64,000 nt of DNA from Squalus acanthias (lineage: Eukaryota), in contig CM059432.1 of the NCBI GenBank assembly GCA_030390025.1, positions 99,140,001 through 99,204,000 on the forward strand, read 5' to 3'. Shown one piece after another: positions 1-11,900 of this stretch (the stretch's first letter is position 1; the number at the start of each line of letters is the position of its first letter). The translations under genes were made by a program, and so were the position numbers. The notes below the pieces were generated by a model. It had not been told where the DNA came from and did not search any database. It saw only the letters and a program-made list of their open reading frames with translations.

Positions 1-813
1 TCAGCCTTGGCGATGATCTGCACTATGGATCTTGGCTTATCACCTATACCTCTTAAGTTAAAAATACCACAGAGCTGTTTGTAATACTGTGTTCTTTATG
101 AAAGAATGTCTCAACTAATTTCACAGGTTACTAAAAGCAAAAGAAAATCATCAAAGCATCCCAAAGTTTGCAAAATTACAGTTGACTGAGGAGGTGACTA
201 AATTGCTTGTGTTAACAATTTTGCAATCTAAGTTGTGTTCTCCTGTGTGTTACTGAAGATACCTTAGTTTTAAAATTTAGAAAAAGGCTTTTTCTTAAGT
301 ATTTACTGTCCCATCTTTAGGTTCCAATGATAACACGCAGGTATTCTCTGACTGGGAATAAAGGATTCCCAGGCAATCAGCTCCAGGGACTTCAACAACG
401 CTACTCTTCAATTGCCCACTAGAAGGTGCATAAGGCAGGCAATATTGACCATTTCTTGGAGCTTCTGCTTTGGGTAGTAAGCAGATTTGGGAATATGTGC
501 CAAGTTTTCTCTTCCCAAGGTTGGAGACACTGAAGTTAATTCTAGCCCCTAATCAACACTCTGACTCAACATGAAGCAATGATTAAATCTGGGACCCCTA
601 TGGACTGCATGTGTATCTTTCTCTCAGATTTTATGGTAAAGAGTATCAAATTTTATTTGTTTCTGTGCAAATGATAACAAAGTATTATAATGTAATTGTT
701 ACAATTATAAGTATATTTGTTATGTCTATTATTCACCTTTTATTATTTTACTTCAGAGCTAAAGTTGAATGATTGTAAAGTGATGTAACTCATATGGCTG
801 CTGGTAAATCAAC

Positions 814-952
814 GTACTCCATACAGCTGTGATTGTAAAACCATGTACTCCATACAGCTGTGATTGTAAAACCATGTACTCCATACAGCTGTGATTGTAA
901 AACCATGTACTCCATACAGCTGTGATTGTAAAACCATGTACTCCATACAGCT
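814..952. repeat. 31-bp tandem repeat, ~4.5 perfect copies (GTACTCCATACAGCTGTGATTGTAAAACCAT)
   Basis: Units start at 814, 845, 876, 907 and 938 (last one partial). Confidence 0.95.
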
Positions 953-1349
953 ATTGTTAAAGAACAAACTCATGCTGGCTCAATACAAATAATTATGGAT
1001 AATCTTTCCTTGGACTTATTTTAAAATAATTGTTGGTTAAATCTTTGCTTAAATCTTTGAAATAGGTAAGTTAGGGAAATCCATTCATCTGCCTTATTGT
1101 ATCAATCCAAGATGACCAAGATTTTAGTGGAATACGAAGCAAAAGTCCAATGTAGTATTTAAAACATGAAGGAATCATTTTTTTTCTTTAGTGTTCCTGG
1201 TGCAGAGGTTCACGTATCTGATGTGCATATCTGGAATCCAGGTGCATGAGCCCCAAGGTTTTACATCTGTATCTCTGTGCTATGAGCACTAAAGATGAAA
1301 ATTCCCTTCTAGATCCTGAAGACTGTGTAGTGCAGTGAGTTACAAAATC

Positions 1350-1720
1350 ATTGAATTCTACAGAACAGAAGACATGTATTTGGCCCATCATATTTCTGAA
1401 AGAGCTATCCACTTAGACTCAGTCCCCTGCCATATCACTGTACCATTTAATTTATTTTGTTTTCAAATATTTATCCACTTCCCTTTTAAAAGCTATTAAG
1501 GATTCTGGTTCCATGCACAGTTTCTGGTAGGGCATTCCGTGTCTTAACAACTCTCTGTGAAAAAAAAATCTCCTCGTATCTTCTTTCGTTCTTTTGGTGA
1601 TCATCATAAATATATGATCATAGTTACCAACTCACTGACCTGTGGAAATAGTTTTTCCGCCTTTACTTTATCAAACTTCTTATAATTTTCAACATCTCTA
1701 TGCAATCTCTTCTTAACCTA
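1350..1720 (-). mobile_element. Old CR1 LINE 3' fragment
   Basis: Degenerate match to the CR1 3' ends at 34616-35165 and 52487-53083; boundaries approximate. Confidence 0.65.
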
Positions 1721-2084
1721 ATGAAAGTGACCCATTATTATGGAACTTTTTTTTTGCATTTTTCTCTAATTTGTCTACTTATCTCATTCTCTATTAGCTT
1801 CAGCTTCCATCAGTGGATGAAAAATCGCAGGCTGTGCATATGTCATTTCCTAAGTTGCACTTCTTGCAACCGCTAGATTGACTCCTGCTCATACAGGTGC
1901 ACATCCCTCTCTGATGATTGTAAAATTAGTTTGGAAAGTCTCAATCTGATTTCCAGTGAATGTGAGCTCACAACACAAATGCAACAAAGCTTCGCACAAA
2001 TTGGCAATAAAAGGGCAACCTCATTCAGACAGGCCATAAGGACAGATGGTAGAGGAAATATGAAACTCTCATGGGTGTAATTTA

Positions 2085-4092
2085 AAAAAAGACATTTGTT
2101 CATGGGATGTGGGCGTCACTGGCAGGGCCAGCATTTATAGCCCATCCCTATTTGCCCTTGAGAAGGTGGTGGTGAGCTGTCTTCATCAACCGCTGCAGTC
2201 CTTGTGGTGAAGGTACTCTCACAGTGCTGTTAGGGAGGGAGTTCCAGGATTTTGATCCAGCGACGATGAAGGATCAGCGATATACTTCCAAGTCAGGATG
2301 GTATGTGACTTGGAGGGGAACTTGGAGGTGGTGGTGTTCCCATGCGCCTGCTGCCCTTCTAGGTGATAGAGGTCGCGGGTTTGGGAGGTGCTGCCGAAGA
2401 AATCTTGGTGAGTTGCTGCAGTGCATCTTGTAGATGGTACACACTGCAGCCACGGTACGCCGGTGGTGGAGGGAGTGAATGTTTAAGGTGGTGGATGGGG
2501 TGCCAATCAAGCGGGCTGCTTTGTCTTGGATGGTGTCGAGCTTCTTGAGTGTTGTTGGAGCTGCACTCATCCAGGCAAATGGAGAGTATTCCATCACACT
2601 CCTGACTTGTGCCTTGTAGATGGTGGAAAGGCTTTGGGGAGTCAGGAGGTGAGACACTCGCTGCAGAATACCCAGCCTCTGACCTGCTCTTGTTGCCACA
2701 GGATTTATGTTACCTGCCACCTATCAGCCCAAGCCTGAATGTCGTCCAGGTCTTGCTGCATGCGGGCATGGGCTGCTTCATTATCTGAGGAGATGCGAAG
2801 GTCACTGAACACTGTACAGTCATCAACGAACATCCCCACTTCTGACCTTATGATGGAGGGAAGGTCTTTGATGAAGCAGCTGAAGATGGTTGGGCCTAGG
2901 ACATTGCCCTGAGGAACTCCTGCAGCGATGTCCTGGAGCTGTGATGATTGACCTCCAAACACCACAACCATCTTCCTTTGTGCTAGGTATGATTCCAGCC
3001 AGTGGAGAGTTTTCCCCTTGATTCCCATTGACTTCAGTTTTACTAGGGCTCCTTGATGCCACACTCGGTCAAATGCTGCCTTGATGCCAAGGGCAGTCAC
3101 TCTCACCTCACCTCTGGAATTCAGCTCTTTTGTCCATTTTTGGACCAATGCTGTAATGAGGTCTGGAGCCGAGTGGTCCTGGCGGAACCCAAACTGGGCA
3201 TCAGTAAGCAGGTTATTGGTGAGTAAGTGCTGCTTGATAGCACTGTCGACGACACCTTCCGTCACTTTGCTGATGATTGAGAGTGGACTGATGGGGCGGT
3301 AATTGGCCGGAATGGATTTGTCCTGCTTTTTGTGGACAGGACATACCTGGGCAGTTTTCCACATTGTCGGATAGATGCCAGTGTTATAGCTGTACTGGAA
3401 AAGCTTGGCTAGAGGCGCAGCTAGTTCTGGAGCACAAGTCTTCAGCACGACATCCGGATGTTGTCGAGGCCTTTTCTTTATCCAGTGCGCTCAGCCGTTT
3501 CTTGATATCATGTGGAGTGAATCGAATTGACTGAAGATTGGCTTCTGTGGTGGTGGGAACCTCAGGAGGAGGTCGATATGGATCATCCACTCAGTACTTC
3601 TGGCTGACAATGGTTGCAAATGCTTCAGTTTTGTCTTTTGCACTCACGTGCTGAGCTCCACCATCATTGAGAATGGGGATATTCATGGAGCCTCCTCCTC
3701 CTGTTAATTGTCCACCACCATTCACGACTGGATGTGGCAGGACTGAAGAGCTTTGATCTGATCCGTTGATTGCGGGATTGCTTAGCTCGACTATAGCATG
3801 CTGCTTCCCCTTTTTAGCATCCATGTAGTCCTGTGTTGCAACTTCCCCAGGTTGGCACCGCATCTTTAGGTACACCTGGTGCTGCTCCTGGCATGCTCTT
3901 CTACACTCCTTATTGAACCAGGGTTAGTCCCCTGGCTGGATTGTAATGGTAGAGTGAGGGATATGCCGGACCATGAGGTTACAGATTGTGGTGGAATACA
4001 ATTCTGCTGCTGCTGATGGCCCACAGCGCCTCATGGATGCCCAGTTTTAAGCTGCTAGATCTGTTCTGAATCTATCCCATTTAGCACAGTGT
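2085..4092 (-). mobile_element. 5'-truncated CR1-group LINE with broken RT ORF2
   Basis: ORFs 2705-3448 (NYRPISPLS, AAFDRVWH, GVPQGNVLGP, FVDD) and 2274-2720 (IYKAQVRSVMEYSP); 3' tail ATAAATGCTGGCCCTGCCAGTGACGCCCACATCCCATG near 2100; internal deletion near 2705. Confidence 0.92.
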
Positions 4093-4265
4093 GTTCAGCT
4101 GCACGAGAGACCCCTCCACCCACCAGGGAATGGTAGCATAGTGGTTATGTTACTGGTCGTTCTCGTCGAACCAGTATTGCTGTTTCCTGGTCAAGTGACC
4201 GAGCGTCTCTTCACAGGTGCTGATTATGGAGGCCTTGAGTGCAGACCAGGCGCTGTGGACACTCT

Positions 4266-7200
4266 GGGCTCGATTTTGTCATTGGGGTGGACTGGGGGCG
4301 TGTCAGACGCTTTTCGTGTTAGCCACCCGACTCCAATTTGATGTGGGAAAAATATGCGATTTTCCCCTAATTGGGCAATTGATTTCCAGCGTGTGGGAAC
4401 CCCTGACCCAATTAGTCTTTCCATCCTGAAAATCGCCTCCGATGACATCATCAATGCTGCTGGATTTAAGGCCTGCAAGCAGCCTTGCTTCTTCTGCAGA
4501 CTGCAAACCTTATGCCCTTTGCTGTGGTAGATTACTCCAGCCAATATGTCCAGCAGTAGGTCAAAGTCTGCACCAAGGTTCGATGACACCTCCCTGCAAG
4601 CTCTGGTGGAGGGAGCAAGAGGGAATAAGGAGGTGCTTTTCCCTTACTCAGGGAGGAAGAAGTCTCCCCAGCAGACGAAAGCTGTGTGGATGCAAGTGGC
4701 CCAGGAGGTCAACTCTTTGTCTGTGTGCCGATGAACCTGGCTGCGGTGCAGGAAGAGGTTTCATGGCCTTCTGCGCAATGGAAAAGTGAGTATGACTTTC
4801 CCATCACCCTCAATCTGATCCCCATTGCCTCTCCTCACCAGCACTCAGCTTTGACAACCTCTTCCTCCACATCCCACTTGACACTGACATCCCTGCACCC
4901 TTACACATTCCCTCTCTCTCTATGGTCACATTCACCTAACTATTCGACTATGCAACCCTCACACTCCCTATCGCTGTGATGCTATGAAAACAACTTACAA
5001 CACACAGGGAGGGCCCTTGGTCTTGCCACCTCACTCCATCTTTGTCTCCTTCTAACCATCAATGCTATGGATTCTCTACACTCACTCCTTCATTCTCACT
5101 CAAACTCCACTTGTCTCCCTCATTGCAGGAAAAGAGAGCTCACAATAAGAGGGAAAGAGTGAGGACAGGAGGAGGGCCACCCTCAGTAGCCCAGCTCACC
5201 CCCTGGGAGGAGGCGGCCCTGGAGATCGTGGGAGTGGAGGAGGATGCGCAAGTGGGGGACGGACAGACGGGTGCATCAGAGCAAGCTGGTGACAGAATAG
5301 TTTATCATCTCTCTCATTGACATTGCATGAGTCACTGATAATGATTCTGATGCTCTAACAGATTGACTTTTGATCATCTGTAATATTCAATGTGCATGTA
5401 ACCTTGACCACACATCTCTGACTCTTTCCTTTACTCCCCCACAGGACCATCGAAAGCCCCCATCCCCACTATCCAGGTGGAACAGCCTGAGCCTCCAGAC
5501 TCCTCAGAGGAAGCTGCAACCTCTGAGGGCGCCGCGTCAGCAGAATTCAGCGCACCCAGCACCAGCGCAGACACTCACACCTCGGTGGTACCTTCGCGAG
5601 ATAGTGTAGTGTTGTCACCTGGTGTATCACAGCTCACAAGTGAGCATCAGCATATGGTGGAGACAGGGACAGCAGTGGAGAGTCCTAGTCAGAGGGCGCA
5701 GGACTCTGCCAGCTCGGCTCAGCTGCATGTCGACCCTCTGCCTCCGGGTCCATCCAGAAGAAGAGCGGTGCTGGAACTCCAGGAACAGGTGCAGGAGTCT
5801 CTGGCAGGTTTCGTCTCCAGGGTCGCTGAGAGTGTGGAGCGAATGGAGGAGTCCATCGCGAACATGAGCAGAGCCTTTGTGGAGGCATTGGCGCATGAAC
5901 ACATCACCACGGAAAGGATGGCAACCTCCATGGAAAGGATGGCTACCTCCATGGTAAGGCTGGCTACCATAGAGGAGAGGATGGCTACGTCCATGGAGGA
6001 GCTTAGTCGCCAGGGTATGGAAAACATGGTATTTGTTCAGAATAGCATGACATCTCTTGAGGAGCGATGGTCAGCTCTTGAGCAAATAAATCAGACCTTC
6101 AGGCAAGTCCTCGGGAGTAGGACTTCCAGTACAGAAATGGGTCCTCATGGCCCCCCTGAATTGCAGCAAGGTGCTGTCAAGCCACTTGCTAGCTCTGAAG
6201 TGGGGCTGACCCATGAGAGGGATGTTGCTGGCAGACAACAAGGAAGTGGGGGCTCCTCTCCAAGCGCTCACACGACCATTCCACTGCAAAGTCCTCGGTC
6301 AGAGCCCCACCAGAGTCCCCATCAAACTGAGATCGGCGTCTCAACCCCTGCACAGCTGCAGGAGCAGCAGACTGTTGCCGAGCCCTCACAGGTTCACAAC
6401 CCCAGAGGACACCCACCAAAGGTGTCAAAACAGGAGCAGCAAGAAAGTGAGCAAGGGGCCTTCACATCTGCTGAAGCCACAGGGGAAGCACCATGTAGGA
6501 GCAAATCTGGCCAAGATGAGTGCGTGCCTTGCATCCCGGCCAGCAATGTGCTCGCATGCTGCTAGCGCTGGTTGATGCGCCTCTGCAAGCTGGTCGTTGT
6601 TGCTCTCCTCCTCCTCCGACGGGCTTCCATGTGCTGGCGCCTTCTGGCCTGTGCAGCTTCAGGTGGGTGAGCAGCAGCTTGGAGCTCCCGCTGTTGCTCC
6701 TGCAGTTGGTGCTGCTGTTGTTCAGAGTTCTGCTGCTGCCGCGGCTGGTCTTCGTCCGAATCTGAAGTCCATTCTTCTGGTATATTCCTCAGTTGAGGAA
6801 GCGCTCATTCAATGTGGGGAGAGGGGTTTCCCAGGAGGTCACACTGGAGATGGGTGTCAGGCTCCAAACTTCCACAACAATGAGTAGGCCTGTAAAAAGT
6901 TCCCCCAGACCTGAGACAACAAAGTTCTGCCACCTGCAAATGAAGATTGCTGAAAACTCCTTTTTAATGGTGGAGCTGCAGCTGTTAGTAAGCAATCCAC
7001 TTGTGCTGCTGCCAGGTTTCACTGGCGTTTTTCAGAGGAGGCGTGCAGCATGTGGGAAAACTGTTAAAATCAGAAAGGCCTCTCAAAATTGGATTATAGA
7101 GGCACTTAACTGGTTGTTAAGGGCCTTAAGGGCCTATCCCGCCTCTTCGAGGCGGGATGGAAACGGGGTCAGAAAACTCGCATGTGGGAAAATTGCTCAT

Positions 7201-7302
7201 GGGCGGGATGGAGGCGGGATTGGGCCCGCCCGCCAGTTTTTGCGATTTTAACACCTCACACGCCTCCAATCCCGCCTCCTCGGGCCTGGCAAAATCGAGC
7301 CC
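4266..7302 (+). mobile_element. Harbinger element A (Myb gene retained, transposase core absent)
   Basis: TIR GGGCTCGATTTTG at both ends; 3-bp TSD TCT; interrupts the RTE reading frame. Confidence 0.93.
4546..6565 (+). pseudogene. Three-exon Harbinger Myb/SANT-like gene (exons 4546-4785, 5129-5288, 5445-6565), one premature stop
   Basis: APRFDDTSLQALVEG...W..VA..VN...TW..CRKRF trihelix motif; exon 2 KRAHNKRERVRTGGG; GT-AG junctions keep frame; TGA at 4732-4734; the last ~20 codons read across a deletion junction. Confidence 0.85.
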
Positions 7303-8901
7303 TCTGTGTCTCTGAATCACTGGGAGTCGTCAGGTTGGTTGTGAGGCCCAGGCTGAATAGGGCTTTCTTAGCGGGGTCTTTGAGTGCTCCAGCATTGATT
7401 TTCCTGCGGCATTGTTTCTGTTGCCGCCGCTGTTTTGGGGCTACGTTGATGGAGATGACAGAGCGGATTAGGCGGTAGTCTGTCCAGCAGTCGTTAGCTC
7501 CTGTCATGGCGCGGGTGATGCGGATGTCCTTGCGGTCCCTCGCTCAGACGATGACGTAGTCCAGCAGATGCCAGTGCTTGGAGCGAGGATGTTGCCATGA
7601 AGCCTTGTACTTGTCTGTCTGACGGAACAAGGTGTTTGTTATGACAGGGCCATGTTCTAAGCATTTCATCAGGAGGAGGGTACCGTTGGAGTTGGCTTTC
7701 CCTACCCGCTCTCTGCCGATCACACCTCCCCAGAGGTCTGTGTCCTTTCCAACTCTGGCGTTAAAGTCGCCAAGGAGGATCAGCTTGACGTCGTCTCCAG
7801 CCCAGATTCAAGGTCGTCCTATCCTCTGTCATCGAATTGCAGTATGCAGACGGCACTTGTGTCTGCGCACACTCGGAGGTAGAACTCCAAACCATCGTCA
7901 ACACCTTCACCGAAGCATACGAGAGCATGGGCCTTACACTAAACATCCGTAAGACAAAGGTCCTCTACCAACCTGCCCCCGCCACAAAGTACTGCCCCCG
8001 ATTATCAAAATCCACAATGAGGCCTTGGACAACGTGGACCACTTTCCATACCTCGGGAGCCTACAGTCAACAAGAGCAGACGTCGATGACGAAGTCCAAC
8101 CCCGCCTTCAGTGTGCCAGTGCAGCCTTCGGTCACCTGAGGAAGAGAGTGTTTGAAGACCAGGACCTCAAACCCGGCAATAGGCTCATGGTCTACAGAGC
8201 AGTAGTGATACCCGCCCTGCTGTATGCCTCAGAGACGTGGATCATGTACAGCAGGCACCTCAAAGCACTGGAGAGGCTCCACCAACGCTGCCTCCGCAAG
8301 ATCCTGCAAATCCATTGGCAGGATAGGCGCACCAACGTCAGTGTTCTCGCACAGGCCAACAGCCCCAGCATCGAAGCTTTGACCACACTCGATCAGCTCC
8401 GATGGACGGGCCACATCGTCCGCATGCCCGATACGAGACTCCCAAAACAAGCACTCTACTCGGAGCTCCGACACGGCAAGAGAGCCCCAGGTGGCAGAGG
8501 AAACGTTTCAAGGACACCCTCAAAGCCTCCTTGAAAAAGTGTAACATCCCCACCGACACCTGGGAATCCCTGGCCAAGACCGCACAAAGTGGAGGAGAAG
8601 CATCCGGGAAGGTGCCAAACACCTCGAGCCTCTTCGCTGGGAGCAAGCGGAAGCCAAGCACAAGCAACTGAAGGAGCGCACGTCAACCCAAGCACCCCAC
8701 CCACCCGCCCCTTCAACCACCGTCTGCCCCACCTGTGACAGAGACTGTAGGTCCCGTATTGGACTCATCAGTCACCTGAGAACTCATTTTTAGTGTGGAA
8801 GCAAGTCATCCTCGATTCCGAGGGACTGCCTAAGAGAGAGAGAAGGGGTTATGTTACTGTACTAGTAATCCACAAGCCTGGACTAATAATCTGGAGACAT
8901 G

Positions 8902-11900
8902 GGGCTCGATTTTAATTTCCGAGGCGGGTTGGAGTCGGGTTGCGTGGTGGGCGGGTTCGGGAGCCGCTTCCAACAGGAACAGCTGCAGAGTTGCAATTTT
9001 TATTAAAGTACCTTGTTAATTTCATGGAGGCGCGCTGGCCAGTCCAATGCGTGTGATCGGGTCAGCTGGCCGCCTCTGATGACGTCATAATAGCAGCTGT
9101 TTTTAAAGCTGCCATCCAGCTGCCATCCTTTCCATTGTGGTTTCCTGCACTTGTTTTCAAAGCTATGACTTCTTCCAGGGTCAAGCCAGCTCCTCGTTTT
9201 AATGATGACTCCGTCCATGTTCTTGTGGATGCTGTCAGAGGGCGCAGGGAGATTCTCTTCCCTCCTGATGGCTGGAGGAAGCCTCCTCAACAGACCAAGG
9301 CAGCCTGGCTGCGCATTGCTTAGGAGGTGAGCGCAAGGTCCATTTATACACGGTCATGGATTCAGTGCTGCAAAAGGTTTAATGATCTTGTGAGAACATC
9401 AAAAGTGAGTATCCCATCTCACTTGCCTTCACTCTGCTTCCCTTCCCTTCTCATCACCAGCACTCTGCTTTGTAAGCCTCCTCCTTCAGATCCCACCTTA
9501 CTCTACTTCCCTTGCACCCTTTCCTATCCATCTCTGTCTCTGCACTGAATCACTTCAGCATGCTGCCTATGCACCCCTTAGACTCACTCTCACTGTCATG
9601 CAGTGACAACAACTAACAACACACAGGGAGCTACCTTCCTCTTGGCACCTTACCCCATCTTAGTCTCACTCAAAGCTTCTATGGTAGGGATTATTCACAC
9701 TCCCTCCATCACTGTGGTTGAAACTCCGCTTGTGTCCCTCCTTGCAGGAAAAGATAGCCCACAATAAGAGGGAGAGAGCACTGACTGGAGGAGGTACATC
9801 ACCCTAGCAACATTGACCAGTGCCGAGGAGGCTGCACACAAAATTGTTGGAGTTGGCGAGGACCTGGAAGTAGGCGATGGAGAGACGGGCACACTAGAGG
9901 AAGCTGGTGACATAATAGAGTTTCATCCCTCTCAGAAAGCACTGCAATATGATGTTCCTAGAGAATCGCTTTGTATCATCTGCTCAAAAGGATGGGGGTG
10001 ATTTTATCAATGGGGACGTGATGGAGGCGGGAATGCTGCTTGTCGGGTTTTAGTCCCGCCTCCATCTACATCCGGCCAACCCACGCTATTTTCCCTTGAT
10101 TGACCTTGTTAAACCCGCCCAGCGGGCTTAGCAGGCCAATTAACGGAAAGCCGGTGACAGAGAACGTCAGCGTATGACGTTTCATCTGTCAATATTTTTT
10201 GACAGATGAATTTTCATCGTTTGACAGCTCTGTGAAGCTGTCAATCACTGACAATCTGTCTTTTAAGTTGAGTCTTTTACTGAAGACTCACTTAGAAAGC
10301 TTTCCTGAGCAGAAAGCAGAAGGCTGCTGCATTTAAGAATGCAGCGGCCATCTGCCATCTCTGCCGATGAGATGAGGCAGCTCCGCAGCCTAAAGGGATG
10401 AAGCCTGGAGGAAGAAGCAAAGGTAAGTAATCTTATTAAAACACTTTAGACTCACCTCACACACTTACCTCTCCACACTTGCACTCATCACTCACCTGCA
10501 CACCGGACATTTCGGCCCCTCCGACCCCCGCAGACCCACGGCTCGCCTCGCTGACCCTGGCGAGGTTCGGTGCTGTCGGGAAGCCCACACTTTAGGTCGC
10601 AAAATAGGGATTAGCCAAAAAACTGCCTGTTAACAGACAGTTAATTGGCACTAATCCCCTTCCCGCCTCGAGGAGACGGGACCTGGCGCGGGTCGGGTAC
10701 CCGCCTCCTGGGAAGATGGCACGGAGGCGGGTTGGGGGCGGGATGGGTACCCGCTCCCTGATTCTGTCATTTTCCCGGCAGTCCCGCCTCCCCAGGGCTG
10801 GCAAAATCGCCCCCGATGTGTCTGCTACATCAATATCAGATGTCTAATTCAAGCCTTTACTCTCCCACAGGACCATCGATGCCCCCCTCCCCACGATCCA
10901 GGACGAAGAGCCGGACAACTCCTCAGAGGAACCTGAAGCCTCTGAGGGAGCAGCGTCACCAGGACTCAGTGCACTCAGCACCAGTGCAACAATGCACACC
11001 TCGGTGGTGCCATCGCGAGTTAGCGTAGTGTTGCCACCTGGTCTATCACAGCGCACAAGTGAGCATCAGCAGATGGTGGAGACAGTGACAGCAGTGGAGA
11101 GTCCTCTGCAGAGGTCTCAGGACTATCCTAGCTCTGCTGAGCTGCATGCAGACGCTGTGCTTCTGGGGCCATCCAGAAAAATGGCCTCTCGGGAAATACA
11201 GAAACAAGTGCAGGAGTCTCTGGAAGGGTTTGCCTCCAGGGTTAGTGCGAGTGTGGAGGGAATGGAGGAGTCCATCTCTAACATCAGCACTGCCGTGGTG
11301 GAGGCAATGGCACATGAATGCACCACCATGGATAGGATGGCAACCTCCGTGGAAAGGATGGCTACCTCAGTGGAAAGGGTGGCTATGGCCATGGAGGAAA
11401 TAAGTCGCCAGAGTCAGGAAAACATGGTGACTGTTCAGAATAGAATTACATCTCTGGAGGAGCGATAGGCAACTATTGAGCAAAGAGACCAGAGCTTCAT
11501 GGAGATCCTTGTGATGAGGACTGCCAGTGCAGATACGGGTCCTCATGGTCCCCCTGAAGTGCAGCAAGGTGCTCTCCTGCCACTTGCAAGCACTGAGGTG
11601 CGGCTGACCCATGAGAGGGATGTTGTTGGCAGGACAGAAGGAAGTGTGGGCTCCTCTCAAAGCGCTCACACGACCATGCCACTGCGGAGCCCTTGGTCAG
11701 AGACCCACTTTGCAGAGACAACCGTTTCAGCCCCTGCACAGCCGCAGGAAGAGCAGACTGTTGCAGAGCCCTCCCAGGCTCCCAAACCCAGAGGACGCCC
11801 GCCAAAGGCGTCTAAGCAGGCGCAGCATCCTAGTCAGCAAAAGCCACAGGGGAAGCACCACGTAGAAGCACACGTAAGAGAAAGATTAAGCACCTATAGT

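Larger units (their letters stand above)
4156..8846 (+). mobile_element. RTE-clade LINE with inverted 5' segment and 13-bp TSD
   Basis: TSD GGTTATGTTACTG at 4143-4155 and 8847-8859. + strand ~7789-8790 encodes the RT C-terminal part (LQYAD, FPYLGS, LLYASETW, CPTCDRDCRSRIGLISH) and ends in a (GA)n tail. - strand 7306-7787 plus 4156-4265 encodes the endonuclease/linker region (LILLGDFNARVG, HLLDYVI, YWFDEND). Confidence 0.93.

Noticed and set aside
814..952. CRISPR-like array
   Set aside because: Units are contiguous with no unique spacers, and the context is eukaryotic.
5477..6565. Stand-alone 362-aa novel protein
   Set aside because: It is exon 3 of the Harbinger Myb gene, and its end reads through a deletion junction.
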